A stretch of 38,276 bases of DNA from Dehalococcoidia bacterium (GTDB taxonomy: Bacteria; Chloroflexota; Dehalococcoidia; Dehalococcoidales; RBG-16-60-22). Both the position numbers and the translations under genes were made by a program. The notes under the pieces were generated by a model. That model was not told the DNA's origin. It saw only the letters and a list, made by a program, of their open reading frames with translations, and searched no databases. Positions 17,022-25,279 of this stretch are shown piece by piece; position 1 is the stretch's first letter, and every line of letters starts with the position of its first letter. The DNA is taken from contig JBGPRB010000003.1 of NCBI GenBank assembly GCA_041489355.1, positions 1 through 38,276 on the forward strand. The letters are read 5' to 3'.

Positions 17022-18095
17022 TTACCATCGTGCCATGGGATGGCGCTGGCGGGCGCAACCCGGCGGGTAGGTTTTATCGGGGGCACGGTAGGACGCTGGC
17101 TCTTCTGCCTCATCCGGTTTTTCGGCTTCAGTTACCGATTTCCTGGCGTGGATTACCAATTTTTCGGCTACGGGCACCAGTTTTTCAACCTTGTATGCCG
17201 GCTTTTCCGTTGCCGTTTTATATAAAGCCCGGTGGAACGGGGGTATCTTTGCCTCGTCCGGTTTTTCGGCTAGAGGCGCCGGCTTTTCTGTTGCCGGCGG
17301 CGTTTCTTTTATTAAAGTTATTGTTTCCTGCTTATGGCCTGCCTTAGTCATGTTCTCCATGAGGGCCGCCAGGACGCGATTTTGTTCGGCGGCGCCTTTC
17401 TTTAACTCATGAGATGCCTCGGCTAGACTCTGGACGGCACTGGTATGGCTGGCCAGGTGCTGGGCATATTCCGAAATGGCGGCAGAGAACTTACCCAGGG
17501 CCTGTTCCGTGGAGTCCATTTTCTTTTCCGTGGCTTCCATTTTGCGTGTCAGCACCCGGTTAGTACGTTTTTCTTCGTTAATGACCGGAGAAAATATCCC
17601 CCGGTGTATCAAGTTACTGCCCCGGCTTATTTCACCGCCATACAGGAAGAGAATGAGCAGGACCAGGGCGATAATAACGAATATCAGACCCTGCTTGCTC
17701 TGGAAGAACAGCAGGGGAAGACCGAGAAAAGGAATCTGGCTGCCGACGGTACCACGGATGTCCATCGGCCTGATGGTGAAAGGTTCTTCACCGGTATTAT
17801 CACCCTGGGTGCGGAAGCCCAATGATGGTGTGGTATTAACCTTTATCACCCTGTGGGCCACCACCGGCGGATAGTTGTAATATTCCCGAACCATCGGGGG
17901 GACATTATAGACGATGATATCGCCTACCCTGACATCACCGGGGTTCACGGGTTTAATCATAAGGAGGCCGCCGGAATGCAGTGTGGGTTCCATACTGGAG
18001 CCGAATATGGGAATGAAAGGCATCGTCCCTCTTACCGTGAGGAATCCCACGATGCAGGCTACAGTAACGAATACAAGTCCGATGGCGCGTTTCAT
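17022..18095 (-). CDS. Signal peptidase I, ER/SipW type, with long C-terminal coiled-coil and EKP-repeat tail
   Basis: GSSMEPT (Ser), VGDIIVY, VAHRVI (His), FRTQGDN; N-terminal and post-catalytic TM helices. Confidence 0.9.
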   Translation of the reverse strand: MKRAIGLVFVTVACIVGFLTVRGTMPFIPIFGSSMEPTLHSGGLLMIKPVNPGDVRVGDIIVYNVPPMVREYYNYPPVVAHRVIKVNTTPSLGFRTQGDNTGEEPFTIRPMDIRGTVGSQIPFLGLPLLFFQSKQGLIFVIIALVLLILFLYGGEISRGSNLIHRGIFSPVINEEKRTNRVLTRKMEATEKKMDSTEQALGKFSAAISEYAQHLASHTSAVQSLAEASHELKKGAAEQNRVLAALMENMTKAGHKQETITLIKETPPATEKPAPLAEKPDEAKIPPFHRALYKTATEKPAYKVEKLVPVAEKLVIHARKSVTEAEKPDEAEEPASYRAPDKTYPPGCARQRHPMARW

Positions 18096-18104
18096 GTGCT
18101 TATT

Positions 18105-19151
18105 TTACCTCTGCGTAACCTCGCAGTAAAATTCAGGGACTATACTCCATCCGGCTCCCCAATCGTCGGTGTTGTCAGAAACCAGCCGGTAGCTACCGCC
18201 AGCCAGTTCCATGGTGTATTTTTTAGCGGAACCGCCTTCAATATTAAAGGATATCACGCCATTTTCAATACTCAACATCTGGTAATCGGGAGTCTTTTTG
18301 GCTTCCAACGAGTTAGCCATATAGAGTTCCATGTTAAGGTAGTTATACGCCTTGAGCAGGTCGGCGGTATTGGTCATGTAAATTCTCACCTGAAGGTCAC
18401 CGGTATAGTCGGTGTGGGGGGTGATATCATACAGGTTACCCTGCGGTAATTCGCCCTGGGTGGTGGTATGTTTATAATTGACTTCCACATAAACCTGGGT
18501 GCAGAGAGCCGGCTTATTTTTATTATGACCTTCGATAGTAACGCCAGCCTGCAAATCATTAATGTCTTCCTGGGTCCAGGATTTGTCGGTAGCGGGGTTA
18601 TTGGCGCACTGCCAGGACTCAGTAACGAAGGGGGTATCAGATAGTGTTATGTTCGGGCCTTCGTAGACCTGGTCGTTCGTTTTGATAGCGGCCATGGCAG
18701 TGACGTCGTAATCACCGCCGGAAGCGAACCGGAAGTAAACGGTAATATTTTCTATTGTATCTTCGCTGCCCGCTCCCGTAAAATTACTCAAGTTATACAG
18801 GTCTCTTTGCCAGCCGCCAGAATCTTCGGTAGATACATAGGTGTCACCATCGTCAGCGGGCTGGTCGTCCACCTTATCCCAGTGTTCATCCGATGCGGGG
18901 TACTGAGCGGACAACTCGGTATCATCACCGGGAGCGTTAGGCACAAGAATTTCGGAATTGTACTCGCCGCTGGGCAGAAGGCTGTTCCAGTTCGGCTGGT
19001 TGGCCGATGGCTCGTAGGTTGTCCAGCCGTCATCAGCAAGGGTGGCATTCAGTGTTGTCACCGAGTTATTGGAAAAGGTGTAGGCGAAAGTGCCGGTGGT
19101 CAACACCAGGGCGAGTATTAATATTCCGATAAAGATTAATTTTTTCTTCAT
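18105..19151 (-). CDS. Secreted TasA/CalY-like protein with SipW-type signal peptide and an inserted domain
   Basis: MKKKLIF...LVLTTGTFA|YTF signal; paralogous to 19273..20049 (YTGDL, NG, PE..CEV.QR); ATG at 19151 (ORF open from 19178). Confidence 0.65.
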   Translation of the reverse strand: MKKKLIFIGILILALVLTTGTFAYTFSNNSVTTLNATLADDGWTTYEPSANQPNWNSLLPSGEYNSEILVPNAPGDDTELSAQYPASDEHWDKVDDQPADDGDTYVSTEDSGGWQRDLYNLSNFTGAGSEDTIENITVYFRFASGGDYDVTAMAAIKTNDQVYEGPNITLSDTPFVTESWQCANNPATDKSWTQEDINDLQAGVTIEGHNKNKPALCTQVYVEVNYKHTTTQGELPQGNLYDITPHTDYTGDLQVRIYMTNTADLLKAYNYLNMELYMANSLEAKKTPDYQMLSIENGVISFNIEGGSAKKYTMELAGGSYRLVSDNTDDWGAGWSIVPEFYCEVTQR

Positions 19152-19272
19152 TTTTTTATGTTCTTCAGCGCTTATCAAGTAATGGGATGATGTCTTTTAA
19201 GGCCGGTAGGGTAGAGGAGTATGAGTGTCAGTCTACCCTACCGCGTTGTATTTATACTATACTACCAGGTTT

Positions 19273-20049
19273 TTACCTCTGGGCGACTTCGCAGAAGAGC
19301 TCCGGAGAGCCGCTGCCTGTCCAGGTTCCCGGCCAGACATGGGTGATAAAGAAACCTCTCTTGACTCTTACAGAACTGTTGTCAGCCGCGCCGCCGGGGT
19401 ACATGCTGACGGAGCCGTTGTCCAGCGTGAGCATGACCCAGTCAGTAGCCGCGTCTGCTACACTGTCTTCATTAATATCCAGGATGCTGCCGTCGGCGGC
19501 ATTCATGGTGAGTTGCAGGGAAAGCGCGCGATAGCGCTTTACCAGCTCGTCGGCGTTGCCGAGTGAGACCGTAACTACCAGGTCGCCGGTGTAGCCGGAG
19601 GTGGCGGTGTTAATGTTGAATATCGGTGTGCCACCGATGGCGGCAGTGATAGCGCCCTTGTAGAAGCCCCAGCCGGACCAGCTGAGCGAGCCGACGCCGG
19701 CGGTGTCGACGCTAACATCGGCAAAGTTCGACTCGGCGATGGTGCCGGTCAGAGTTGTGCTGGCGTTGATGAAACCGAAGGCGAATACGCCGCCGGTAGC
19801 AGCCAGCGCCAGGAGCAGAGCGCCGATCAGGTAAGCTCCCTTGCCTCTGGAAACGGCGAAGGTCAGCTTATCATCGTCATTGAGCACGGTATCATGTTCA
19901 GCGTTCGCCTTGACTCTGGAGCCGTTCAGCTTTGCCTGGGCTTTATCCGGGATGCCAAACTCAGCTTTGAACTGCTCACGAGCCGCTCTAACTGTCTGCC
20001 CGGCTAGATTAGTTATTTCAAACTGGTCACTATATTTTATTTCAACCAT
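19273..20049 (-). CDS. TasA-like secreted protein with N-terminal ubiquitin-like domain before an internal SipW-type signal peptide
   Basis: aa 1-66 G.TV......FGIP....A.LNG......D..L..DD.L.F; aa 67-90 RGK...LLLALAATGGVFA|FGF; C-terminus PELFCEVAQR. Confidence 0.65.
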   Translation of the reverse strand: MVEIKYSDQFEITNLAGQTVRAAREQFKAEFGIPDKAQAKLNGSRVKANAEHDTVLNDDDKLTFAVSRGKGAYLIGALLLALAATGGVFAFGFINASTTLTGTIAESNFADVSVDTAGVGSLSWSGWGFYKGAITAAIGGTPIFNINTATSGYTGDLVVTVSLGNADELVKRYRALSLQLTMNAADGSILDINEDSVADAATDWVMLTLDNGSVSMYPGGAADNSSVRVKRGFFITHVWPGTWTGSGSPELFCEVAQR

Positions 20050-20214
20050 ATTATTCCCTTTTCTTCCTCAGTCTAGCTATTTTTAGTCGGATTGTTTATA
20101 CAACCTTTAAAGTGTGCGGTCCTCCTGCCTGCCCGGTCAGTCCGGAGTACCGACAAATCTGTCTATTCTTCATTTACATACCTGACCCCCCTTTCATGCA
20201 TAATTGCTTCAATA

Positions 20215-21027
20215 TCAGGTCAGTTCACCGATAAAGGACTTTAAGCGTTCCATCAAATGTTCTTTAAAATCGTTGAATTCTGCCTTGGTTACATATTCGA
20301 CAAACTTACCGTCTTTTTTAATCGAGCCGCGGATTATTGAAGGCAGGCTTCTTTGAGCAGCTTCAATCACGGTACGGGCCTGGTCATTGGATACCAGCTT
20401 GTTCAAGATTATTCTAAGAGTTCGCCTGACGGTCTCTTCATTTATTTCCAGTTTGGCGGTGATTTGCTCGATAGTATTGTCGGCGGCGATGCTGGTAAGA
20501 ATCTGTGTCTCTCTGGGAGCGAGGTTGGCCAGCAGGTTATCGAACTGTTCATTCAGAGCGGCCAGGTCTTCAAACTCGGTAAGGACCATGGAAGCCAGCC
20601 CCGGCGTGAGTAGTTCTTCCATGATGGGGTAACTGCCCTGAGCGACCACCCTGATAATATCGAGCAGATGTTCAGGCTCAATATCTTTCGTCAGGCAGGC
20701 GCTGGCGCCGCTCTTGATGGCCGCGAAGATTCTTTCCGGCTCTTTTTTCTCCATGGTCAGAATCACGGATACCAGGGGCAGGTTCCGTTTGATGCGGCGG
20801 GTTATCTCGGGGCCATTGGCTTTGGGGTCCTGCATGCTCAGGATAGCGATATTGGGCGGATTGGCTTCGATGAGGGAAAAACCCTCTTCATTACTGGTTG
20901 TTTCGCCGGTAACTTCGAAATCGTCCTCACCCGAGAGGATGAAGTGTATTCCTTCCCGAAAGAGAACTTGCGGGTCCGAAAGAAATACCTTTACTTTTTC
21001 CATCTTTATATTTCTCTGCTGGCTCAT
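20215..21027 (-). CDS. NarL/LuxR-like response regulator with atypical receiver
   Basis: KVFLSDPQVLFREGI...PNIAILSMQ...AIKSGASACLTKD...LAPRETQIL HTH; alternative start at 21003. Confidence 0.85.
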   Translation of the reverse strand: MSQQRNIKMEKVKVFLSDPQVLFREGIHFILSGEDDFEVTGETTSNEEGFSLIEANPPNIAILSMQDPKANGPEITRRIKRNLPLVSVILTMEKKEPERIFAAIKSGASACLTKDIEPEHLLDIIRVVAQGSYPIMEELLTPGLASMVLTEFEDLAALNEQFDNLLANLAPRETQILTSIAADNTIEQITAKLEINEETVRRTLRIILNKLVSNDQARTVIEAAQRSLPSIIRGSIKKDGKFVEYVTKAEFNDFKEHLMERLKSFIGELT

Positions 21028-21221
21028 AGTATTTTTTCGCTATATCCAATTTAACACGAAAGCATAAAGATGGGTCTAAGAAACATAAAAATTTCATAAA
21101 GATGTCATAAAATTTTAATAAAGATTAGCTTGAGATGAGATGAGATTTACGATTTGCTGGTGTGCGCTATGTCTTTGACGCGCCGGATGGGAAGGTAGGC
21201 TATGAGCCGAAATGGGGGTAC

Positions 21222-21920
21222 TTAAGTACCGATCGGCTTGATGAATTTATAACCGATGCCGTGCTCGGTGACGATGATGTTGGGCACCTCGGTATTATCT
21301 TCCAGTTTCTGTCTGAGATGCTGTATATGCACGCGGAGCAGGTCCCTGGCGTCGACATAGGTGTCTCCCCAGACTTTGGAAAGCAGGCTCTCGTGTGAGA
21401 GAATACGTCCTTCGTTCCTGATGAGATGGTAAAGTAGTTTCCTTTCGGTGGAGGTAAGCTTCACCGACTTACCACTTAAAAGGACTTCATTGCGGCTGAA
21501 ATCAACCGAAAGCTTGCCGCTGGTAAAGGGTCGTTCTTCATTGGTTACATTCAATCCCTGGGCGCGGCGCAGGACGGCCTGTACCCGGGCAATCAGCTCG
21601 ATGTGGCTGAAGGGCTTGGTAATATAGTCGTCGGCACCCAGTTCCAGGCCTTTGGCGACATCAGTGTCCTCACCTCTAACTGTCAGCATGAGTACCGGCA
21701 CTTCGGAGAAACGGCGTATCTCACGCAGTACCTGGTAGCCGTCTATATCGGGTAAGCCGATATCCAGTATGACGACATCGGGGCTCTCCGTCTCAACGAG
21801 CTCCACGCCTTTATGGCCATTGGCAGCAGATACTACTGTAGTACCGCTCCAACGCAGCTGGAAGCAAAGGGAGACAACCTCAATAATCCCGGGGTCGTCC
21901 TCTATAACCAGAACTTTCAT
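21222..21920 (-). CDS. OmpR/PhoB family response regulator
   Basis: VLVIEDD, PDVVILDIGLPD, GLELGADDYITKPF, LRVHIQHLRQKL, G.GY. Confidence 0.93.
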   Translation of the reverse strand: MKVLVIEDDPGIIEVVSLCFQLRWSGTTVVSAANGHKGVELVETESPDVVILDIGLPDIDGYQVLREIRRFSEVPVLMLTVRGEDTDVAKGLELGADDYITKPFSHIELIARVQAVLRRAQGLNVTNEERPFTSGKLSVDFSRNEVLLSGKSVKLTSTERKLLYHLIRNEGRILSHESLLSKVWGDTYVDARDLLRVHIQHLRQKLEDNTEVPNIIVTEHGIGYKFIKPIGT

Positions 21921-21934
21921 ATTGCTCCTTATTT

Positions 21935-22648
21935 TCAGGTGGAATGTATCGTGGCCTGGCGCGGTAGAAAGAAAGAGAAAGTACTGCCTTTTCCAGGCTC
22001 GCTATCTACCCAGATTCTGCCCCCGTGTAGCTCCACTACCTGCTTGGATAAAGCAAGCCCCAGGCCCAATCCCGGGTGGCGTTGTCTATCGGAGCTAAGG
22101 CGACTGTAAGGTTTGAATAACCTGGATTGTTGTTCCTTGGCGATACCGATGCCGTCATCCTGCACCTCTATTACGAGTCCGGTGTCCTGCTTCCGGACTC
22201 TTACAGAGATGTTACCCCCTTCCGGGGTGAACTTGGTGGCATTGTTCATCAGGTTAAGCAATACCTGCTCCAGTCTCTGCCCGTCACCCCGGATGATGGG
22301 GAGGGAATCGGGCACCTCGGTCTTCAGCTTCTGTCCTTTACCGCGGAGTAAAGGGCTGATTTGCATACATGTTCCGAGGACGAGCGACTTGATATCTACC
22401 GGTTCAAGTTGTAGTTGCAGTTTGCCGCTGCCTGTCTTGACAATGTCCAGGAGTTCGGCCAGCCTGGTCTCAAGGGTATTGGCGTTATGGATAATGGTTT
22501 GAATAAGCTTCTGATGAGACTCGTCGGCGGTGGTTTGAAGTTCCTCAGCCAGTAAACCAGCCGCGGCGATAATAGATGTCAGGGGCGTCTTAAGCTCATG
22601 GCTGAGGGTATCGATAAATCTCAGCCATTCCTCTTCTTTGGTTTCCAT
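21935..22648 (-). CDS. Histidine kinase (HisKA + HATPase only, no sensor or TM domain)
   Basis: SHELKTPL H-box from residue 16, NLMNNATKF, DDGIGI, GLGLGL, GKGSTF. Confidence 0.92.
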   Translation of the reverse strand: METKEEEWLRFIDTLSHELKTPLTSIIAAAGLLAEELQTTADESHQKLIQTIIHNANTLETRLAELLDIVKTGSGKLQLQLEPVDIKSLVLGTCMQISPLLRGKGQKLKTEVPDSLPIIRGDGQRLEQVLLNLMNNATKFTPEGGNISVRVRKQDTGLVIEVQDDGIGIAKEQQSRLFKPYSRLSSDRQRHPGLGLGLALSKQVVELHGGRIWVDSEPGKGSTFSFFLPRQATIHST

Positions 22649-22801
22649 AGGAATTATTCTTCCTTGCCCTTGTTTGCAGGCAAATGGATTTACTTAAATG
22701 TAACACGTTTTTGACGGCGTATCAAGTGATTACGCCCGCCGGTTAAGGGTGATATGCCTTTTTCTTTAAAAGGACGATACCGCGACCAGACTCTGCCGGA
22801 T

Positions 22802-23188
22802 TTATTTCGTCATTCCCTTGGCGATACTTTTCAGGAGGCTGAGGACGCCGACGACGGCACGCTGCACCTCAGGAGGTTCCTCGGCCAGCATTCTGGCTAC
22901 ATAGGGGTCCAACTGCCGGCCGGAATAGCGTGTGCCGCTTTCTTCGGCTACGCCGGAGGTTTGCGGTGAAAGGAATCCGGCCAGGGTGAACAATTCATCC
23001 TCGTCAAAACCCAGCGGTTTAGCGATTTTACGCAAAATCCGTGCCGATGGAAAGCGCTCGCCCCTTTCTATGCGTCCCAGATGTGACGAAGATACGCCCG
23101 ATTCCTTGGAGAGTTCCTGGAGAGTGAGTGGAACTGTAACCCTCTGTTGTTTAAGTATTCTGCCCAGATCATTATTATTATAGCTCAT
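22802..23188 (-). CDS. XRE-family HTH transcriptional regulator (SinR/cI-like)
   Basis: LGRILKQQR....LTLQELSKESGVSSSHLGRIERGERFPS...L.KIA..L. Confidence 0.9.
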   Translation of the reverse strand: MSYNNNDLGRILKQQRVTVPLTLQELSKESGVSSSHLGRIERGERFPSARILRKIAKPLGFDEDELFTLAGFLSPQTSGVAEESGTRYSGRQLDPYVARMLAEEPPEVQRAVVGVLSLLKSIAKGMTK

Positions 23189-23196
23189 AATAAATC

Positions 23197-23225
23197 ATTA
23201 TAATTTGCCAATTGGCAAATGTCAA
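23197..23225 (-). promoter_or_regulatory. Consensus promoter of the XRE gene with a perfect 18-bp operator palindrome
   Basis: TTGACA (23225-23220)-N17-TATAAT (23202-23197); ATTTGCCAATTGGCAAAT at 23203-23220. Confidence 0.8.
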
Positions 23226-23291
23226 CCATATTGACCCCCAATTTTAAGCAATTTGTCCACATTTTGGCGTTTTTATCGTGAGATAAATTCC

Positions 23292-23320
23292 TTGACGGGT
23301 CAAATAACTCTATATATAAT
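23292..23320 (+). promoter_or_regulatory. Putative sigma70 promoter of the FAD oxidoreductase gene
   Basis: TTGACG-N17-TATAAT. Confidence 0.65.
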
Positions 23321-23412
23321 GATGAAGGTCTGATAAGTCATTTATATAATTAAAGCTGAGATGTGATAGCCTATCTCGGCTTTTCCACGTGTCTGGAGGA
23401 AAATTCGGCACA

Positions 23413-24819
23413 ATGACAAAAGGTTATGATGTAATTATTATCGGCGGCGGGCCGGCAGGTATTTTCGCGGCTCTAGAGCTTTCGCAGGCTGCCAGACTGA
23501 GGGTGCTCCTTATCGAGAAGGGCAAGGATATCAGCGGACGCCGGTGTCCGGTACGTGATACGGGTGGTTCCTGTGTGGAGTGTCTGCCGTGTAATCTGGT
23601 CTGCGGCCTGGGCGGGGCGGGTGCTTTCAGCGATGGTAAACTGGTTCTCTCTTCGCAGGTGGGGGGGCATCTGGGCGATTATCTCGGCGAAGAGCGCACG
23701 GCTGTCCTGATTAAATATGTGGACGAATTATATCTCAAGTTCGGCGCCACCAAGAGGGTTTTCGGCGGTAATGGTCCTTCCACAGGAAGGATTGACGAGA
23801 TAAGCCGCAGGGCAGGTCAGGCCGGACTGCACCTGATACCAACACCGGTGCGCCATATGGGAACGGAAAACTGCTATCAGGTGCTGAAAGCTATGCAGGA
23901 TTACCTTTTCCCCCGGGTGGAGGTTAAGCTCGGGGCGATGGTCTCCGAGGTTCTGGTGGACGGGGGGAAGGTCAAGGGCGTGGTGACCGAGGGTGGCGAA
24001 AAGTATCTATGCAAGTACCTTATTCTGGCACCGGGTAGAGAGGGAGCCGACTGGTTTTCCCATGAGGCCGAACGCATCAAATTGACCATGCATAATAACC
24101 CCATCGACGTGGGTGTGAGGGTGGAAGTGCCCTTTGCGGTAATGAAAGAGCTGACCGACGTGTTATATGAGGTCAAGCTGGAATACAGGTCACAGAGTTT
24201 TAACGACCGTATCAGGACCTTCTGTATGTGTCCGGCCGGCGAGGTTATTATGGAGTCCACCGGAGGCACCGACCCCGTGGTGACGGTCAACGGGCACAGT
24301 TACGCCGGACGAAAGAGCGATAATACCAATTTTGCACTGCTGGTAAGCACTGATTTTACCAAGCCGTTTCACGAGCCGATTGCCTACGGGAAGTATCTGG
24401 CTAAACTGGCCAATATGCTCGGCGGCGGTGTGATGGTGCAGCGCCTGGGTGACCTCCTGGAGTGTCACCGCTCCACCCCGGAACGTATCGAGAAGGGGCA
24501 GGTAAAGCCTACCTTGAAGAGCGCTACGCCGGGCGATTTGAGTTTCGCCCTTCCCTTTCGCCACCTTACCGGCCTCATAGAGATATTGATGGCCATGGAC
24601 AAACTGACGCCGGGTGTGGCCTCGGCGGATACCCTGCTGTACGGAATAGAAGTGAAGTTTTACTCCTTCCGCCCGCAGCTCAGTCCGTGCCTGGAGACCG
24701 AAGTCCATAATATGTTTGCCGTGGGTGACGGCACCGGCGTGAGTCGTGGCCTGGTGCAGGCATCGGCTTCCGGCCTGGTGGCCGCCGTCGAAATAATGAG
24801 GAGAATAGAGAAGGGTTAA
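23413..24819 (+). CDS. NAD(P)/FAD-dependent oxidoreductase (COG2509-like)
   Basis: YDVIIIGGGPAG, GLGGAGAFSDGKL, RTFCMCPAG, VNGHS, LYGIEVKFY, GDGTGVSRG. Confidence 0.9.
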   Translation: MTKGYDVIIIGGGPAGIFAALELSQAARLRVLLIEKGKDISGRRCPVRDTGGSCVECLPCNLVCGLGGAGAFSDGKLVLSSQVGGHLGDYLGEERTAVLIKYVDELYLKFGATKRVFGGNGPSTGRIDEISRRAGQAGLHLIPTPVRHMGTENCYQVLKAMQDYLFPRVEVKLGAMVSEVLVDGGKVKGVVTEGGEKYLCKYLILAPGREGADWFSHEAERIKLTMHNNPIDVGVRVEVPFAVMKELTDVLYEVKLEYRSQSFNDRIRTFCMCPAGEVIMESTGGTDPVVTVNGHSYAGRKSDNTNFALLVSTDFTKPFHEPIAYGKYLAKLANMLGGGVMVQRLGDLLECHRSTPERIEKGQVKPTLKSATPGDLSFALPFRHLTGLIEILMAMDKLTPGVASADTLLYGIEVKFYSFRPQLSPCLETEVHNMFAVGDGTGVSRGLVQASASGLVAAVEIMRRIEKG

Positions 24820-24843
24820 TCTATAATTTGCAGATTAACTCGC

Positions 24844-24872
24844 TTGACAGGTCGGTTCCCGCCATCTACAAT
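24844..24872 (+). promoter_or_regulatory. Putative promoter for rpsU-yqeY
   Basis: TTGACA-N17-TACAAT. Confidence 0.6.
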
Positions 24873-25019
24873 AGTAAAGTGTGTTTCATATACCGAATGA
24901 AACACCGGAATCTTAATTTTTTGGGGGTAGAATCCTTCTAATGGAAGGACTGGTACCCCCTATAATATTGGCCGATGGATAACACGGCCGGATGGAATTT
25001 AGAAGGGGAGTGATGCTAC

Positions 25020-25232
25020 TTGGCAGAAGTCACACCAGGCACTGAAGAAAGCTTTGATAGCTTACTCAAGCGATTTAACAGGAAGGTGCAGCAGGACGGC
25101 ATCCTGGCGGAGTTGCGCCGGCGGGAGCACTACGAAAAACCCAGCGTCAAGCGGAAGCGGAAGAAGGCAGCCAAGAAACGCGGTTCTGCCAGAAGCACCA
25201 GAACGTTCCGTCGGTCAGCGAGTACACGTTAG
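25020..25232 (+). CDS. rpsU: 30S ribosomal protein S21
   Basis: [39 protein letters not shown]; TTG start. Confidence 0.95.
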   Translation: MAEVTPGTEESFDSLLKRFNRKVQQDGILAELRRREHYEKPSVKRKRKKAAKKRGSARSTRTFRRSASTR

Positions 25233-25279
25233 TTTGAAATAAACAACGAACACCAATAACACAGGATGGCAGGTCCGAT

